Below, piece by piece: positions 8,542-19,225 of a stretch of 64,000 nucleotides of DNA. Each line of letters opens with the position of its first letter. The stretch's first letter is position 1. Under the pieces are notes generated by a model. It saw only the letters and a list, made by a program, of their open reading frames with translations. It did not search any database and was not told the DNA's origin. The translations under genes were made by a program, and so were the position numbers. This DNA comes from Muribaculaceae bacterium (GTDB lineage: Bacteria; Bacteroidota; Bacteroidia; Bacteroidales; Muribaculaceae): NCBI GenBank assembly GCA_017462345.1, contig JAFTRI010000019.1, forward strand, positions 27,896 through 91,895, read 5' to 3'.

Positions 8542-10728
8542 TTACAGGTCTATTTTGTTGATGCGTTTCTTCCGGTGAGCCAGACGGCGTTTAAGTTGTG
8601 AGGCCTTTCGGTACCAGTCGAGCGCGCGCATCCATAGTTCTGACGGGGCTACGTTCATGTCTGATGCCAGCGGGTCGACGAATGTTGTCAATGCCACTTC
8701 CTCGCCGAATTGTTCGGGATAGAGTACTATCAGGTTGTTGCGGGAGAAGTATTTTTGCAGGAATCCGGGCATGGAGTCCATGTCAGGACTGAAGGATACC
8801 GATGTACGGCGGGCACTTACAACGATGAACAGGTCATCATCCTGGATTCTGTTGGCAAGCAGTACAAAGTCATCCCATTCCTCCACGTCGCGGTATTCGT
8901 CCCTGATGGTGTATTTCTCTTTGTGCAGCACTCCACGTATCAGCGGTTTTACTTCGGGATGACAGCAGAATATTACTTTGCAGCCTATCTGTCGTGCAAG
9001 ATTCCCTATGCACATGACCCATCGGCGAAAACCGGTTTCATATTGGGCTTTTGGCGGGATCGATACAACGATACGCATCACCGTGTTAAGTGGGATGAAA
9101 CAGCGGGATATAATCATCATGCGGTTGCTCGATTTAAGCAGCTGGTCGATCTTTGACCCGAAGAAGCTGTCTATGACAGTGGCCTTGCGGTGCATACCCA
9201 GAATCACTTCGGTAATGTCGCGTTCCTCTATTGTGTTGAGCACGCCTGCAACTGTGTTCATGTCGTAACGCTCGATTGACGTGAGGCGTGCATCCACGCT
9301 TGCTGCAGCCTGTTCGGCAAGATCAAGCGAGTTACGTCCTACGGCACGCGAGCCTGCCGAGTTGTCGTTGCGCACATGCAGTGCATAGAGGTTGTTGCGG
9401 CCGGTCTGGTTGCGGATTAGTAATGCGAGATCCACAAGCGACTGGGCTGTTATGGGGTTTGCGACAGGAATCAGCGTATTGGTGATTTTCTGCTTTCGTG
9501 GAGTCTTGTCTTCGGCGGTCTCCTCAAGCATCCTGATTTTTATCTTGGCTGCTGCTGAGGATGTCACTATTGGAGCCAGCGCGCATGTTACGAGAATCAT
9601 CAGCACGGTGCCGTTAAGGATTGTCTCATCCATCATTCGGTGTCCGTCGGGCATCACCATGTTATAGCCTATTGTCACGACAGCAAGTGCGACGGCAGTG
9701 TGTGCGGTGGTCAGACCGAACATGATTTTACGTTCAACTCCTTCCATACGGTATAATTTCTGTGCTATCCATGCCGCGAGCCATTTGCTTGCGATGGCGA
9801 CGGCAATCATGTTGACGGCTACTAATATTGTATCGGGATTGGCGATGACTCGGACATTTATCATCATACCTACCCCTATAAGGAAATAGGGGATGAATAT
9901 GGCATTACCTACAAATTCCGTACGGCTCATCAGCGGGGAGGCGTTGGGGATATAACGGTTAAGTACAAGACCGGCGAAGAAAGCTCCCAATACCGCTTCA
10001 AGACCTATTATTTGGGCAAACCATGAGGCAAGGAACACCATTGCCATCACGTACACATATTGGGTCACTTTGTCGCTGAAATTCTTGAAAAACCAACGTG
10101 TCGCACGTGGGTAGATGTACATTATCACGATACAGTATATCGACAGTTCACCGAGCAGGCGCAACAGGTCTGAAATGCTGAACTCTCCGGTATTGTGTAT
10201 GTTGACGGCTGCGGCAAGAACGAGAAGTGAGCCGATTACTGCGATGATTGTGCCTACGATGGCTATCAGGACGGCGGGGTTCTTCGTGATTCCGAAACGG
10301 GCGACAACAGGGTAGGCAATGAGGGTATGGGAAGCATACATCGATGCGAGCAGTACCGAGGTTACCCAGTCCATCTGTAGAAGCCAGACACTTGCTATTG
10401 TCCCGAGAAACATCGGGATTAGGAATGTGAGCAGCCCGAAGAGCATACCGCGTTTGAGGTTGAGCTTCAGGTGGTACATGTCGATCTCTATGCCGGCAAG
10501 GAACATGAGGTACAGCAGACCCACCTGACCGAAAATTTCAAAACTCGTGTCGCGGGCAAGTACATTGAAGCCGTAAGGCCCTACAACGATACCGGCGACA
10601 ATCATCCCTATAATGTGGGGAATCTTGAAACGGTTTAGGAGCAATGGCGCAAACAAGATGATAACCAGTACGATAAAGAATATCAGTACCGGATTGTTAA
10701 CGAGCGGTGTTGCTGCCAGTGTAATCAT
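8542..10728 (-). CDS. cation:proton antiporter (CPA family) with a large cytoplasmic C-terminal domain
   Basis: About 400 aa of multi-TM Na+/H+ exchanger-like sequence (…IIGMIVAGIVVGPYGFNVL…LLYLMFLAGIEID…) is followed by a ~300-aa soluble domain. Confidence 0.88.
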   Translation of the reverse strand: MITLAATPLVNNPVLIFFIVLVIILFAPLLLNRFKIPHIIGMIVAGIVVGPYGFNVLARDTSFEIFGQVGLLYLMFLAGIEIDMYHLKLNLKRGMLFGLLTFLIPMFLGTIASVWLLQMDWVTSVLLASMYASHTLIAYPVVARFGITKNPAVLIAIVGTIIAVIGSLLVLAAAVNIHNTGEFSISDLLRLLGELSIYCIVIMYIYPRATRWFFKNFSDKVTQYVYVMAMVFLASWFAQIIGLEAVLGAFFAGLVLNRYIPNASPLMSRTEFVGNAIFIPYFLIGVGMMINVRVIANPDTILVAVNMIAVAIASKWLAAWIAQKLYRMEGVERKIMFGLTTAHTAVALAVVTIGYNMVMPDGHRMMDETILNGTVLMILVTCALAPIVTSSAAAKIKIRMLEETAEDKTPRKQKITNTLIPVANPITAQSLVDLALLIRNQTGRNNLYALHVRNDNSAGSRAVGRNSLDLAEQAAASVDARLTSIERYDMNTVAGVLNTIEERDITEVILGMHRKATVIDSFFGSKIDQLLKSSNRMMIISRCFIPLNTVMRIVVSIPPKAQYETGFRRWVMCIGNLARQIGCKVIFCCHPEVKPLIRGVLHKEKYTIRDEYRDVEEWDDFVLLANRIQDDDLFIVVSARRTSVSFSPDMDSMPGFLQKYFSRNNLIVLYPEQFGEEVALTTFVDPLASDMNVAPSELWMRALDWYRKASQLKRRLAHRKKRINKIDL

Positions 10729-10800
10729 CTTTGTGCTGTGGATCGGTTCTTTACTGCAAAGTTACTAATTCCTTTCCAATAAATATATGCGATCCTGTCG

Positions 10801-11877
10801 CTATATGGATTCCCTTAAATCGATTCCTTCAAGTATCTTGATGTAGGTGTTTATCGCCTCTCGTATTTCACTGAGATATATGAATTCATCGGCAGTGTGT
10901 GAGCGTGATGACTGTCCCGGCCCGAGTTTTACCGACTGCCACGGCATCAGTGCCTGGTCACTCAGGGTGGGTGAGCCGAATGCTTGCGCCCCGAGCATTT
11001 CAAGACGTTTCACGATCGGGTGCTGTGGGCTTATGCCTGATGGGTTAAGGCGTGTTGACCGGGGATTGAAACTGCATTCCGGGACAGCCTTACGTATCAG
11101 TTCGAGTGTCTCGGTGTTGGTGTAGGCATCGGTGGTGCGCACGTCCACTACAATTTTACAGCAGTCGGGCACGACGTTGTGCTGTGTCCCGGACTCGATC
11201 TGTGTAACTGAGATTTTCACCGCGCCCAGTGTCGGTGATTCTTTTGGCAGGCGTAAAGTACGGAGACGGTCTATCACATCGATAGCCTTGTATATGGCAT
11301 TGACTCCCTCGTTGCGTGCGGCATGGCCCGACACCCCGGTTATGGTCCCGTCAAGGACCATCAGCCCTTTTTCGGCAATGGCCGGCTGCATTCCTGTCGG
11401 TTCGCCCACTATTGCCACATCCACGTGAGGAAGCATCGGTATTACCGCCTCTATCCCGTTTTTGCCGCTCACCTCCTCTTCACAGGATGCAAGCATGATG
11501 ATGTTGTAACTGCGTGATTCGCAGTTACTGAGATAAAGATATGCGGTAATGAGTGACACTAAAGCCCCTCCGGCGTCATTGCTGCCGAGCCCGAAGAGGC
11601 GGCTTTCGTCGTCTGTTTCGGGAGTAAACGGGTCATGCACCCATCCGGCAACCGGTTTTACTGTGTCGATGTGCGAATTGAGCAGTAGTGTGGGACGTGA
11701 CGGGTCGTAGTCGTGGGAGATACTCCACACGTTGTTGCCGTGACGTTTGGTGTCGGCTCCGTTTGAGCGGAGGAATTCCTCGACGCAATCGGCTGCCCCG
11801 GATTCATTGCGGCTTGTCGATGGCGTGGCTATCAGTTGCTTGAGCAGATCGACGGCATTGTAGAATAGTTCGTCCAT
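10801..11877 (-). CDS. M20-family metallohydrolase (ArgE/DapE-like deacylase)
   Basis: The M20 metal-ligand motifs are present: LNSHIDTV, GSNDAGGALV, CEEEVSG and a C-terminal SRSHTADE. Confidence 0.85.
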   Translation of the reverse strand: MDELFYNAVDLLKQLIATPSTSRNESGAADCVEEFLRSNGADTKRHGNNVWSISHDYDPSRPTLLLNSHIDTVKPVAGWVHDPFTPETDDESRLFGLGSNDAGGALVSLITAYLYLSNCESRSYNIIMLASCEEEVSGKNGIEAVIPMLPHVDVAIVGEPTGMQPAIAEKGLMVLDGTITGVSGHAARNEGVNAIYKAIDVIDRLRTLRLPKESPTLGAVKISVTQIESGTQHNVVPDCCKIVVDVRTTDAYTNTETLELIRKAVPECSFNPRSTRLNPSGISPQHPIVKRLEMLGAQAFGSPTLSDQALMPWQSVKLGPGQSSRSHTADEFIYLSEIREAINTYIKILEGIDLRESI

Positions 11878-11911
11878 TGTCGGTATTGTTCTCTATTGCA
11901 AAAGTACGTAT

Positions 11912-14900
11912 TTATTTGTTAGGTTCACTCTCGACATGTACTATCTTGCCTGAGTCCACATACCAGATGAACCCTCTCGCCGGTGAATATCCGGCCTCCT
12001 CTATCAGTCTCATGTAGCGGCGCACTTGGCAGGCATATTTTTCCGGATGTTCCTCACCGAATTTGTAGTCTATGACATCGACTGTGCCGGCAGATGTCCA
12101 TACCACCCGGTCAGGACGGTATATCTCGCCTGTGGGTAGCACTATCGGCTGTTCACGGATTATCCGGCGGTAACCTTCAAACCATTGTGCTGCATCCTCC
12201 TTTGCTGTGGCGTCTTGCAACTGTCTGGTTATGGCATCGGCTTCGGCGTCCGTGATGTTCAGCCGGTAGGCATGCCGGCGTACTGCTGCGGGAATGTCAT
12301 TACGGTGTCTTACCTGTCCGAGGATGTCGTGCAGTATTATCCCGCGGTCGCGGGGGCGGTCAAGATCTTTTACCTCCTCGATGTGGCTCATGTTCCACAT
12401 GTCATCACGGTCGGCAGTGTAATAAGGGATGATTTCGCGGGAAATGATACCGTTTTTCTCCTCTCTGTTGCCTGTCCTCACCGGTGTTGTGGGACGTCCT
12501 ATCTCGGTAACCCCGCCCGTTGAACACTCTTTTAGCGGAACGAGAATATCCCAGTTCTCTTGTGTTAACGAATCTCCTAATCCGGCGATTTTTGCGTTAC
12601 AATAGTCACCGGTTACAGTCTCCGTGGCATGCTTTATGTAGTATCCGATAGGGGTTTTGGATGTCTCGTTTGTTTTTTCGGTGCATTGGTAATTTACAAT
12701 CAGTTCGTCGATGGCTCGGGTGAATGCAACGTATGTGAGGTTAAGTGTATCGCTTATCTCCTCATTGTGGTTGGCGATGTATTCCTGTTCCAATGGCGTA
12801 CCTATCAGGGACATGGAACTCTGCATCGGTATTACAGGTGGAACGATTCCATCCGGGAATGTTTCGAAACCTGTTGGCGTGAACCAGTGGATGTCCTTGT
12901 CTTTTGCCATCGTCCAGGTGGCATACGGAATGTGTACGCACTTGAACTCAAGGCCTTTTGATTTGTGTATGGTCATGACTTTTATTGCCTCCATGTCGGG
13001 AGGGGACGACAGGCAGGTCTTGTAGCCTGATGTGTCCCACCATTTCAGGAACGAGTGCAGGTCGCTCATGCCTCGGGAGCAAAAGTCTATGACTGTGTCC
13101 TGAAAAGCCGATATGAATGCGTTTTCTCTTTTCAGTGACGTATTCGGGATATATCTTGTGATGATGCGTTCCACAATGGATGGCAGGCTGACACATTCCA
13201 TTCTGGCTGCTTCATCGGCAAGTCCGTCTGTTACAGCTCCTGGTTTCAAGGCTTTGTCGAGAGCTTCTGTCGGGGTACAGTCACGGCTCATGAAGTATTC
13301 GTAGCGGTTGAGCAGACGCGTAATCTCGCGTTGTGTCATGTGCCGGCTTGATGGACGGTTGTCGTCATCGGGAGTGTCGATGAAACGCATTACACTGATT
13401 ATGAGCTTTACTGCCGGAGAATTGGCTATGCCCAATGCATCGTCTGAAATTATGTTCAGGTGAGGGAAATCAGGGTCTGATTCCGGATAGTTGAGCAGGA
13501 AATCGATGACCTTTTCTCCCTCATTGCGCTGTCTGACGAGGATTGCAATTTCCGATGCTTTGTATCCTGCATCGAGTTGGCGGTGTATTTCCGCTGCCAT
13601 TAAAGGAAGTGTCATGGTGTCATATTCCTCGACTGTCGGCGCGTCTAAGCATGTTGCCTTGACATATCCGCGATGATCCTTATGGGTTGGGGATATCTGT
13701 TGCACCACATTGCCGTAGATGCCGGTCAGGGAAAGTTTCTCGGCTATGGCTGTGAATATGGTGTTGTTGAAACGCACTACGTCTGACGAGCTTCGCCAGT
13801 TGGTATTGCCTGAAATGTCATTCCCCTGTTCCCGGATATTGTCGGGAAACTGACGTGACAGATGATTGTGCAGCAGTGAGGGATCGGAATTGCGGAAACG
13901 GTAGATGCATTGTTTCTCGTCTCCGATGATAAGGTTGTCATTGTCGGTCGACAGGCTTTCGGCAACTAATGGCCTCAGGTTTTCCCATTGGAGTTTTGAC
14001 GTGTCCTGGAATTCGTCGATGAGGAAATGCCTCAGTCTCATCCCGATGCGTTCGTAAATGAACGGTGCGTCATCCTGACTGATTATTCTGCGCAGCAGGT
14101 CATTGGTGTCCGACAGGAGGATGAGGTTATTGTCGTTGCGGAACGCGGTTATGTAGCGGAATATGTCACCAAGCATCCCAAGCACATATAATTGCTTGCG
14201 GGTGAGGGCATAGAATGTTATTAGGGGATATGAAGTGTACACTGATGACAGTGCATCGGTTACGGCATTGTCAACCTCCGGGACTACCGTGTTTCTCTTT
14301 ATGGCATCTTTATAGTATCGGTTGTCGATACAATCCATTGCCTTGACACACGTCGCGTTGAGTGGGAGTGGTTTGCCTTCCGCCCAGTTCCTTAACATCG
14401 ACATTACATGCCGGTTGATGTATTTGTCTGTGGGAAGACCGTTGAGCGGCAATAGGTTGAGCGCGCGTAGAGCCTTTTCCTGACAGGTTGTGAGCATATT
14501 TTCCGAGCGCCGCCGGAGTTCGGCATCGAAGTCACTGATGCGTCTGTTGTCATCCAGATACTCAAGAAGGTCATCGGCGTGGAGCTTGAATTTCTCGTTG
14601 CTCAGGTTTCCGGCAAAGGTTACCAGGTCATCGTGAAATTGTGATGACCGGTTGAACATGTTGAAACTTTTACCCTCGTCGAGCCGGTTTATCATGAATT
14701 GCTTAAGCCATTCGCTAAGGTATTTTTCCCGGTTTCCCTCTGTGTTATGGTTTATTGAGGAGAGCATATCGTTGACTCCGACGCTTATGGCATATTTGTC
14801 ATCGAGTTCCACCTCATAGTTTCCCGTCAGTTCGGCTTCGCGGGCAAATATTCTCAGGATGTTCTGGAAAAAGGCATCGATGGTGCTTATGTTGAAGAAA

Positions 14901-15250
14901 CTGAAGTCAAACAGTAATTCGTGTAGCGCGTTGTGTGCACACTGTGCAAGTTCTTCGGTGCTGCATCCGAACAGCTCCGTCAGCCTGTCGGCGTATGGGC
15001 TTTTTGCTCCGTTGGCTGTCTCCATCCCGGCAAGTACGGCAAGCTCATGTATTATGCGTCGTTTCATCTCGTCGGTGGCCTTGTTGGTGAAGGTTATGGC
15101 GAGAATCGGACGGTGACGTTCGTGCCCGGTTTTGTTTAGGCTGTAACGTCCGGTGTCGGGGTCTTTTATCCCGAGAACCAGTTTGATGTATTCGTAGGCG
15201 AGAGTGAATGTCTTTCCCGAACCCGCCGATGCCTTGTAGACTGAAAGCAT
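11912..15250 (-). CDS. UvrD/AddA-like helicase fused to a C-terminal PD-(D/E)XK nuclease
   Basis: Walker A is ASAGSGKT and helicase motif II is LIDEFQDTS. The C-terminal VDVIDYKFGEE...QVRRY is a RecB-type nuclease motif. Length is 1112 aa. Confidence 0.88.
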   Translation of the reverse strand: MLSVYKASAGSGKTFTLAYEYIKLVLGIKDPDTGRYSLNKTGHERHRPILAITFTNKATDEMKRRIIHELAVLAGMETANGAKSPYADRLTELFGCSTEELAQCAHNALHELLFDFSFFNISTIDAFFQNILRIFAREAELTGNYEVELDDKYAISVGVNDMLSSINHNTEGNREKYLSEWLKQFMINRLDEGKSFNMFNRSSQFHDDLVTFAGNLSNEKFKLHADDLLEYLDDNRRISDFDAELRRRSENMLTTCQEKALRALNLLPLNGLPTDKYINRHVMSMLRNWAEGKPLPLNATCVKAMDCIDNRYYKDAIKRNTVVPEVDNAVTDALSSVYTSYPLITFYALTRKQLYVLGMLGDIFRYITAFRNDNNLILLSDTNDLLRRIISQDDAPFIYERIGMRLRHFLIDEFQDTSKLQWENLRPLVAESLSTDNDNLIIGDEKQCIYRFRNSDPSLLHNHLSRQFPDNIREQGNDISGNTNWRSSSDVVRFNNTIFTAIAEKLSLTGIYGNVVQQISPTHKDHRGYVKATCLDAPTVEEYDTMTLPLMAAEIHRQLDAGYKASEIAILVRQRNEGEKVIDFLLNYPESDPDFPHLNIISDDALGIANSPAVKLIISVMRFIDTPDDDNRPSSRHMTQREITRLLNRYEYFMSRDCTPTEALDKALKPGAVTDGLADEAARMECVSLPSIVERIITRYIPNTSLKRENAFISAFQDTVIDFCSRGMSDLHSFLKWWDTSGYKTCLSSPPDMEAIKVMTIHKSKGLEFKCVHIPYATWTMAKDKDIHWFTPTGFETFPDGIVPPVIPMQSSMSLIGTPLEQEYIANHNEEISDTLNLTYVAFTRAIDELIVNYQCTEKTNETSKTPIGYYIKHATETVTGDYCNAKIAGLGDSLTQENWDILVPLKECSTGGVTEIGRPTTPVRTGNREEKNGIISREIIPYYTADRDDMWNMSHIEEVKDLDRPRDRGIILHDILGQVRHRNDIPAAVRRHAYRLNITDAEADAITRQLQDATAKEDAAQWFEGYRRIIREQPIVLPTGEIYRPDRVVWTSAGTVDVIDYKFGEEHPEKYACQVRRYMRLIEEAGYSPARGFIWYVDSGKIVHVESEPNK

Positions 15251-15258
15251 TGGCGTGC

Positions 15259-15603
15259 TTAGATTATGCGTGCTTTGTATCCTGCCGAGATGAGGAAGTC
15301 GAGGACATCCTTACGGCGGTCTCCTTGAATCAGTATCTCTCCGCCTCGTGCCGAACCGCCTGTGCCGAGCCGGCTTTTCATGAGACTTGACAATTTCGAG
15401 ATTTCATCATCGGTAATCGTGAACCCCGAGATTATTGTTGCTGATTTCCCTGCTCGCCCCTTACGTTCAAGTATGATGTCGAGCCGGGAATCTTGTCCGG
15501 TCCCTTTGGCTTCCGGTGTCCCGGTGCCCTCCTCGCCTTGCGGAATGTCGGGGTTGGAGTCGAGAAATGCTTGCAGGCTTGACTGCCAGTCGTTATTTTT
15601 CAT
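15259..15603 (-). CDS. translation initiation factor SUI1/YciH family
   Basis: RKGRAGKSATIISGF...GGEILIQGDRRKDVLDFL is the SUI1 fold signature. I set the start at MKNNDWQ (15603). Confidence 0.85.
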   Translation of the reverse strand: MKNNDWQSSLQAFLDSNPDIPQGEEGTGTPEAKGTGQDSRLDIILERKGRAGKSATIISGFTITDDEISKLSSLMKSRLGTGGSARGGEILIQGDRRKDVLDFLISAGYKARII

Positions 15604-16054
15604 GGCAAGGTATTGAATCGGTAATAAGATGGATACTGTCGGACGGCTCTGCCTCGATCGTGTCTTGAGGGTTGTCGAGTGAGCGGGCAATAGATCTCAG
15701 TGTCGCCTCATATTGCGCCTCCTCGATTGGAACGGTTGAGAAGAAGGATGTTACAGTGTCGGGTTCGGTGGCATTGGCAATACGGTAGCATTGTGTGGCA
15801 ACGGCAATGTTTTCGTCGGTGTTGATGCTTTCCGACAGTTTCATGTATATAATTGCCAGACGGCACAGTTCCCTTGCCGATAGGGTTTCTATGGATGTCA
15901 CTTTCATCAGTCCGTCACATGTTTTCTGTGCCCCTGCCGTGTCGTTGTCGGTAATCAGTGTCTCGGCATATCCGATTGCTTCTCCGGGGTTATTGCCCGA
16001 GGAGCATCCTGCCGACATGATTATTGATACAATCAGTATTAGTATTGTTCTCAT
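15593..16054 (-). CDS. hypothetical lipoprotein
   Basis: The lipobox is MRTILILIVSIIMSAGC. I recognise no catalytic motif. The gene overlaps the SUI1 start by 11 nt. Confidence 0.55.
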   Translation of the reverse strand: MRTILILIVSIIMSAGCSSGNNPGEAIGYAETLITDNDTAGAQKTCDGLMKVTSIETLSARELCRLAIIYMKLSESINTDENIAVATQCYRIANATEPDTVTSFFSTVPIEEAQYEATLRSIARSLDNPQDTIEAEPSDSIHLITDSIPCHEK

Positions 16055-16290
16055 TGCTGGTCCTTTTGGATTATATGGTTTTGTTGAAAGTACGGACAGG
16101 TGCGTTCTGTCCCGTCTTTAGGTTTCTTACTTGATGCAAAGATAGCATTTTTAATGGTTATATTGTGAATAATGGCTTTGCTTGTGCTTAAAATAAGGGA
16201 CAGGTATAAAATAATGGATGAATAAGCCGATATTTTGTGTATATATGTATGAACGGGGTATAAATGTGCTGTATATACGACTAAAATGTA

Positions 16291-16298
16291 TAACTTTG
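16291..16298 (+). promoter_or_regulatory. -7 promoter box TAACTTTG
   Basis: A perfect TAnnTTTG lies 26 nt upstream of the ATG at 16324. Confidence 0.5.
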
Positions 16299-16323
16299 CA
16301 AATGTTATTTAAATAAAATTAGT

Positions 16324-19203
16324 ATGAGAAAAAACATTACTTCGTTAATCGTGCTGTTATTGGCATTTGTGTCATCGGCGAATGCTCAGACAACGATCTA
16401 TGCTTACCGTTGCTGGCAGCAAGTTTCGGGAGCTGCCGTGACAGGCCCTATTAGTTTCCCAAGTGATAATCCTCGTGACGTGACCCTTATTGCTGACCAG
16501 AGCAAACTCGGTCACATATATGCCGGTGCCTATTACAATTACAAATGGTACGGTCAGGTGACCAAGACCGGTACCCAGTCGACACTTGAAGGGCTGTACA
16601 CTATAGACTACACCACCGGTGAGCGTACATTGGTCTCAAAAAACGGTTCACAATTGGGTGATATGACCTACGACTATGAAACCGGCACTATGTTTGGTAT
16701 CAAGTACGGTGCTCACACGTTGGTGACAATTGACCTTGTCTCCGGAACGGTAACCACGGTGGCTAATTTTGCCGATACATCCGGCAACGCTCTCGATATG
16801 TTGGCAATAGCCTGTGATGTGAATAACCAGATGTATGGTGTGTGTCCCGACGGTATTTTCTATAAGATTGACAAGGCTACGGCTGTATGTACGGCTGTAG
16901 GGGTGCTTGGCGTTGAGCCTTCGTTTACCCAGAGTATGGAGTTTGACCGTTATACCAACAGGCTGTATTGGGCAAACAACGGCGACTATATACTTTATGA
17001 AATCGACATCAAGTCAGGTGCGGCAACTCCGATTAATTATATCGGTGTGGATGGTGTGGACAGCACCAACAGCCTGTTTATCCCTTGGATCAATGCACCT
17101 GTCGGTAGTCCTGACCGTGTTACCGGACGCAAAGCGGTGGCCACAGGTAATGATATGATGCTTTCATGGGTAAATCCGGCTGTCGATATTCAGGGTAATG
17201 CGATGGATGATTTCCTGGGTGTTAAAATCTATCGCGACGAGACGCTGCTGGCTACAGTCGAATTTACTATTGCCGATGCTGGAAAAGCGGCAAGCTATGA
17301 AGATAAAGGAGTAGAGTCAGGAAGCCACAGTTACAGGATTGTACCTTTCAACAGCAAGGGTGAAGGTGGAGTTGATACCGACCCCGTGGGAGCTTATGTC
17401 GGCAAGAACGCACCCGGTGCTGTTGTCGACTTCAAGGTTGCGCAGGGTGACGGTCAGGCTCTCCTTTCCTGGGGAGTTCCTGCCGAGGGCATGTATGGTG
17501 GCGAGTTTGACCCTGCAGGTATAACCAAGTATGTAGTTACCCGTAACGCAGGGAAAACAAGCACTACATTTGAGACTGCTGAGACATCTTATGCCGATTC
17601 TCCTTCATTCGGTACTTACACCTATTCGGTTTATGCCGTAAATGAAGTGGGAAATGGAGTGGAAACGACATCTGCCCCCATCATGGTTAAGCCGGCTGAC
17701 TGGATTGTAATGATGACCGGTGAAGCTGTTGTTGAAACCGGCAAGGCCTATAAATTCTACGATGCCGGTGGCCCTGACGCCAATTATCCCAATTCCGAGA
17801 TCGATACATTGGTGATCCGTCCGGCAAGTGCCAACGGTGCCGTTAAGGTTGAATTTGAAACATTTGACATTGAGCCTTACGATAATTTCGTCGTTTATAA
17901 CGGTAGCAGTACGAAATCTCCTAAAATCGGGGAGTATTCGGCAACTGTAGTTCCATCCGATTTGGTTTCATTGGAATCCACAAGCAGTGATGGTGCGCTG
18001 ACTTTTGTGTTTGAGTCCGATATCATGGATCGTTACACCGGGTGGGTCGCAAATGTTACTGCGTCTGAAAAACTGGAATATGACTTGGTGCTGTCGGCAT
18101 TTAGCGGTGATTTGTATATTGAGAAAGGCAAGGCGGCCAAATACGTTGCCAAAGTTCAGAACAAGGGAGTGTCGGCTGTTGCCGCAAGCGATTACAGTAT
18201 TACGGTAAAAGATGCCGGAGGTAAGGTTGTTGCCGAGGTTCAGGGAGTGGATGTCGAAAGCATGGCGACTGCCGATGTTGAAGCGGAAATAACTCTTGAC
18301 GCAGAAGGTGAAATGGCACTTACCGCGGTCATTGATTTTGCAAAGGACGCTGACACAGCCAATAATTCAGCTCTTTTCACTGTCAATGTAATCTCTGAAG
18401 GCAGCAGGTTTGTCCAGGTCGGCAACGGTACAGAGGAGTTCCTTGTGTGTCCGGCATCATTCATGTCACATCAGTCGGTATCACAGACTTTCTACTATTC
18501 TGATGAAATAGGTGTTACTTCGGGGCTTCTCAAGATGATTTCATTCCCGTATTACAAGGTGACGAGCAATTATCCTGATGTTCCGGTTAAGGTATGGGTA
18601 GCTGAAACCGACAGGGCTGACATCAAGGCGTCTAACTTGAAGTCTGAGGAAATGACATTGGTATTTGACGGTAATGCGCCTGTCAGCACTGCCGACAAGG
18701 AATGGGTGTTCCAGCTCCCTGAAGGCTATGAGTATAATGGTGGTACTCTCGTTATAATGGTGTTTAAGGATGCTCCCGGGACTCAGTTTGAAGGTGTTTC
18801 ATTCATGGGCGATTACGGGTATGATAATCCTGATGCTCCTTTGCGCACCCGTTTCGAATCGGCTTGGGACGAGACTGAGACGGTTAACCATAATGCACTT
18901 TTCGGTTGGGATTCCGAAAAACATCTTCCTACTACCAGGATGCTCTTCCTCCCGGGTTCCGGAGTAGAACCGTCGAATATTGCTGACGCTCGGGTGAAAG
19001 TATATCCCAATCCTGTGACTTCTACGCTTTATGTCAGTGGAAATATCGCGACTGCAAGCGTGACATCATTGTCAGGACAGGAAGTATATTCTGTTGCCGG
19101 TTCAAGTACGTTGGAGATCGGTCATCTGCCTGCCGGGGTCTATATCCTGAATGCGGTTACTGATGACGGGGAAATTGTAACGGAAAAGATCGTGAAACGG
19201 TAA
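16324..19203 (+). CDS. large secreted multidomain protein with a T9SS type-A C-terminal sorting domain (propeller-like N-domain, 2 x Fn3-like, CUB-like)
   Basis: The signal peptide ends in ANAQ. There are two Fn3-like segments (…LSWVNPAVD…YRIVPFNSKGEGG and …LLSWGVPAE…YSVYAVNEVGNG) and a CUB-like segment (KFYDAGGPDANYPN…FVVYNGSS). The C-terminus is KVYPNPVTSTLYVSG…GVYILNAVTDDGEIVTEKIVKR. Confidence 0.85.
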   Translation: MRKNITSLIVLLLAFVSSANAQTTIYAYRCWQQVSGAAVTGPISFPSDNPRDVTLIADQSKLGHIYAGAYYNYKWYGQVTKTGTQSTLEGLYTIDYTTGERTLVSKNGSQLGDMTYDYETGTMFGIKYGAHTLVTIDLVSGTVTTVANFADTSGNALDMLAIACDVNNQMYGVCPDGIFYKIDKATAVCTAVGVLGVEPSFTQSMEFDRYTNRLYWANNGDYILYEIDIKSGAATPINYIGVDGVDSTNSLFIPWINAPVGSPDRVTGRKAVATGNDMMLSWVNPAVDIQGNAMDDFLGVKIYRDETLLATVEFTIADAGKAASYEDKGVESGSHSYRIVPFNSKGEGGVDTDPVGAYVGKNAPGAVVDFKVAQGDGQALLSWGVPAEGMYGGEFDPAGITKYVVTRNAGKTSTTFETAETSYADSPSFGTYTYSVYAVNEVGNGVETTSAPIMVKPADWIVMMTGEAVVETGKAYKFYDAGGPDANYPNSEIDTLVIRPASANGAVKVEFETFDIEPYDNFVVYNGSSTKSPKIGEYSATVVPSDLVSLESTSSDGALTFVFESDIMDRYTGWVANVTASEKLEYDLVLSAFSGDLYIEKGKAAKYVAKVQNKGVSAVAASDYSITVKDAGGKVVAEVQGVDVESMATADVEAEITLDAEGEMALTAVIDFAKDADTANNSALFTVNVISEGSRFVQVGNGTEEFLVCPASFMSHQSVSQTFYYSDEIGVTSGLLKMISFPYYKVTSNYPDVPVKVWVAETDRADIKASNLKSEEMTLVFDGNAPVSTADKEWVFQLPEGYEYNGGTLVIMVFKDAPGTQFEGVSFMGDYGYDNPDAPLRTRFESAWDETETVNHNALFGWDSEKHLPTTRMLFLPGSGVEPSNIADARVKVYPNPVTSTLYVSGNIATASVTSLSGQEVYSVAGSSTLEIGHLPAGVYILNAVTDDGEIVTEKIVKR

Positions 19204-19225
19204 GTATATGCCGTCAGAATTTCAC

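Noticed and set aside
8598-10528. Multiple plus-strand ORFs of 60-150 aa lie inside the antiporter gene. Similar sets lie inside the AsmA-like, speA, pnp and frd genes.
   Set aside because: They are antisense shadows of long, well-supported genes. None has a promoter box, a signal peptide or a recognisable motif.
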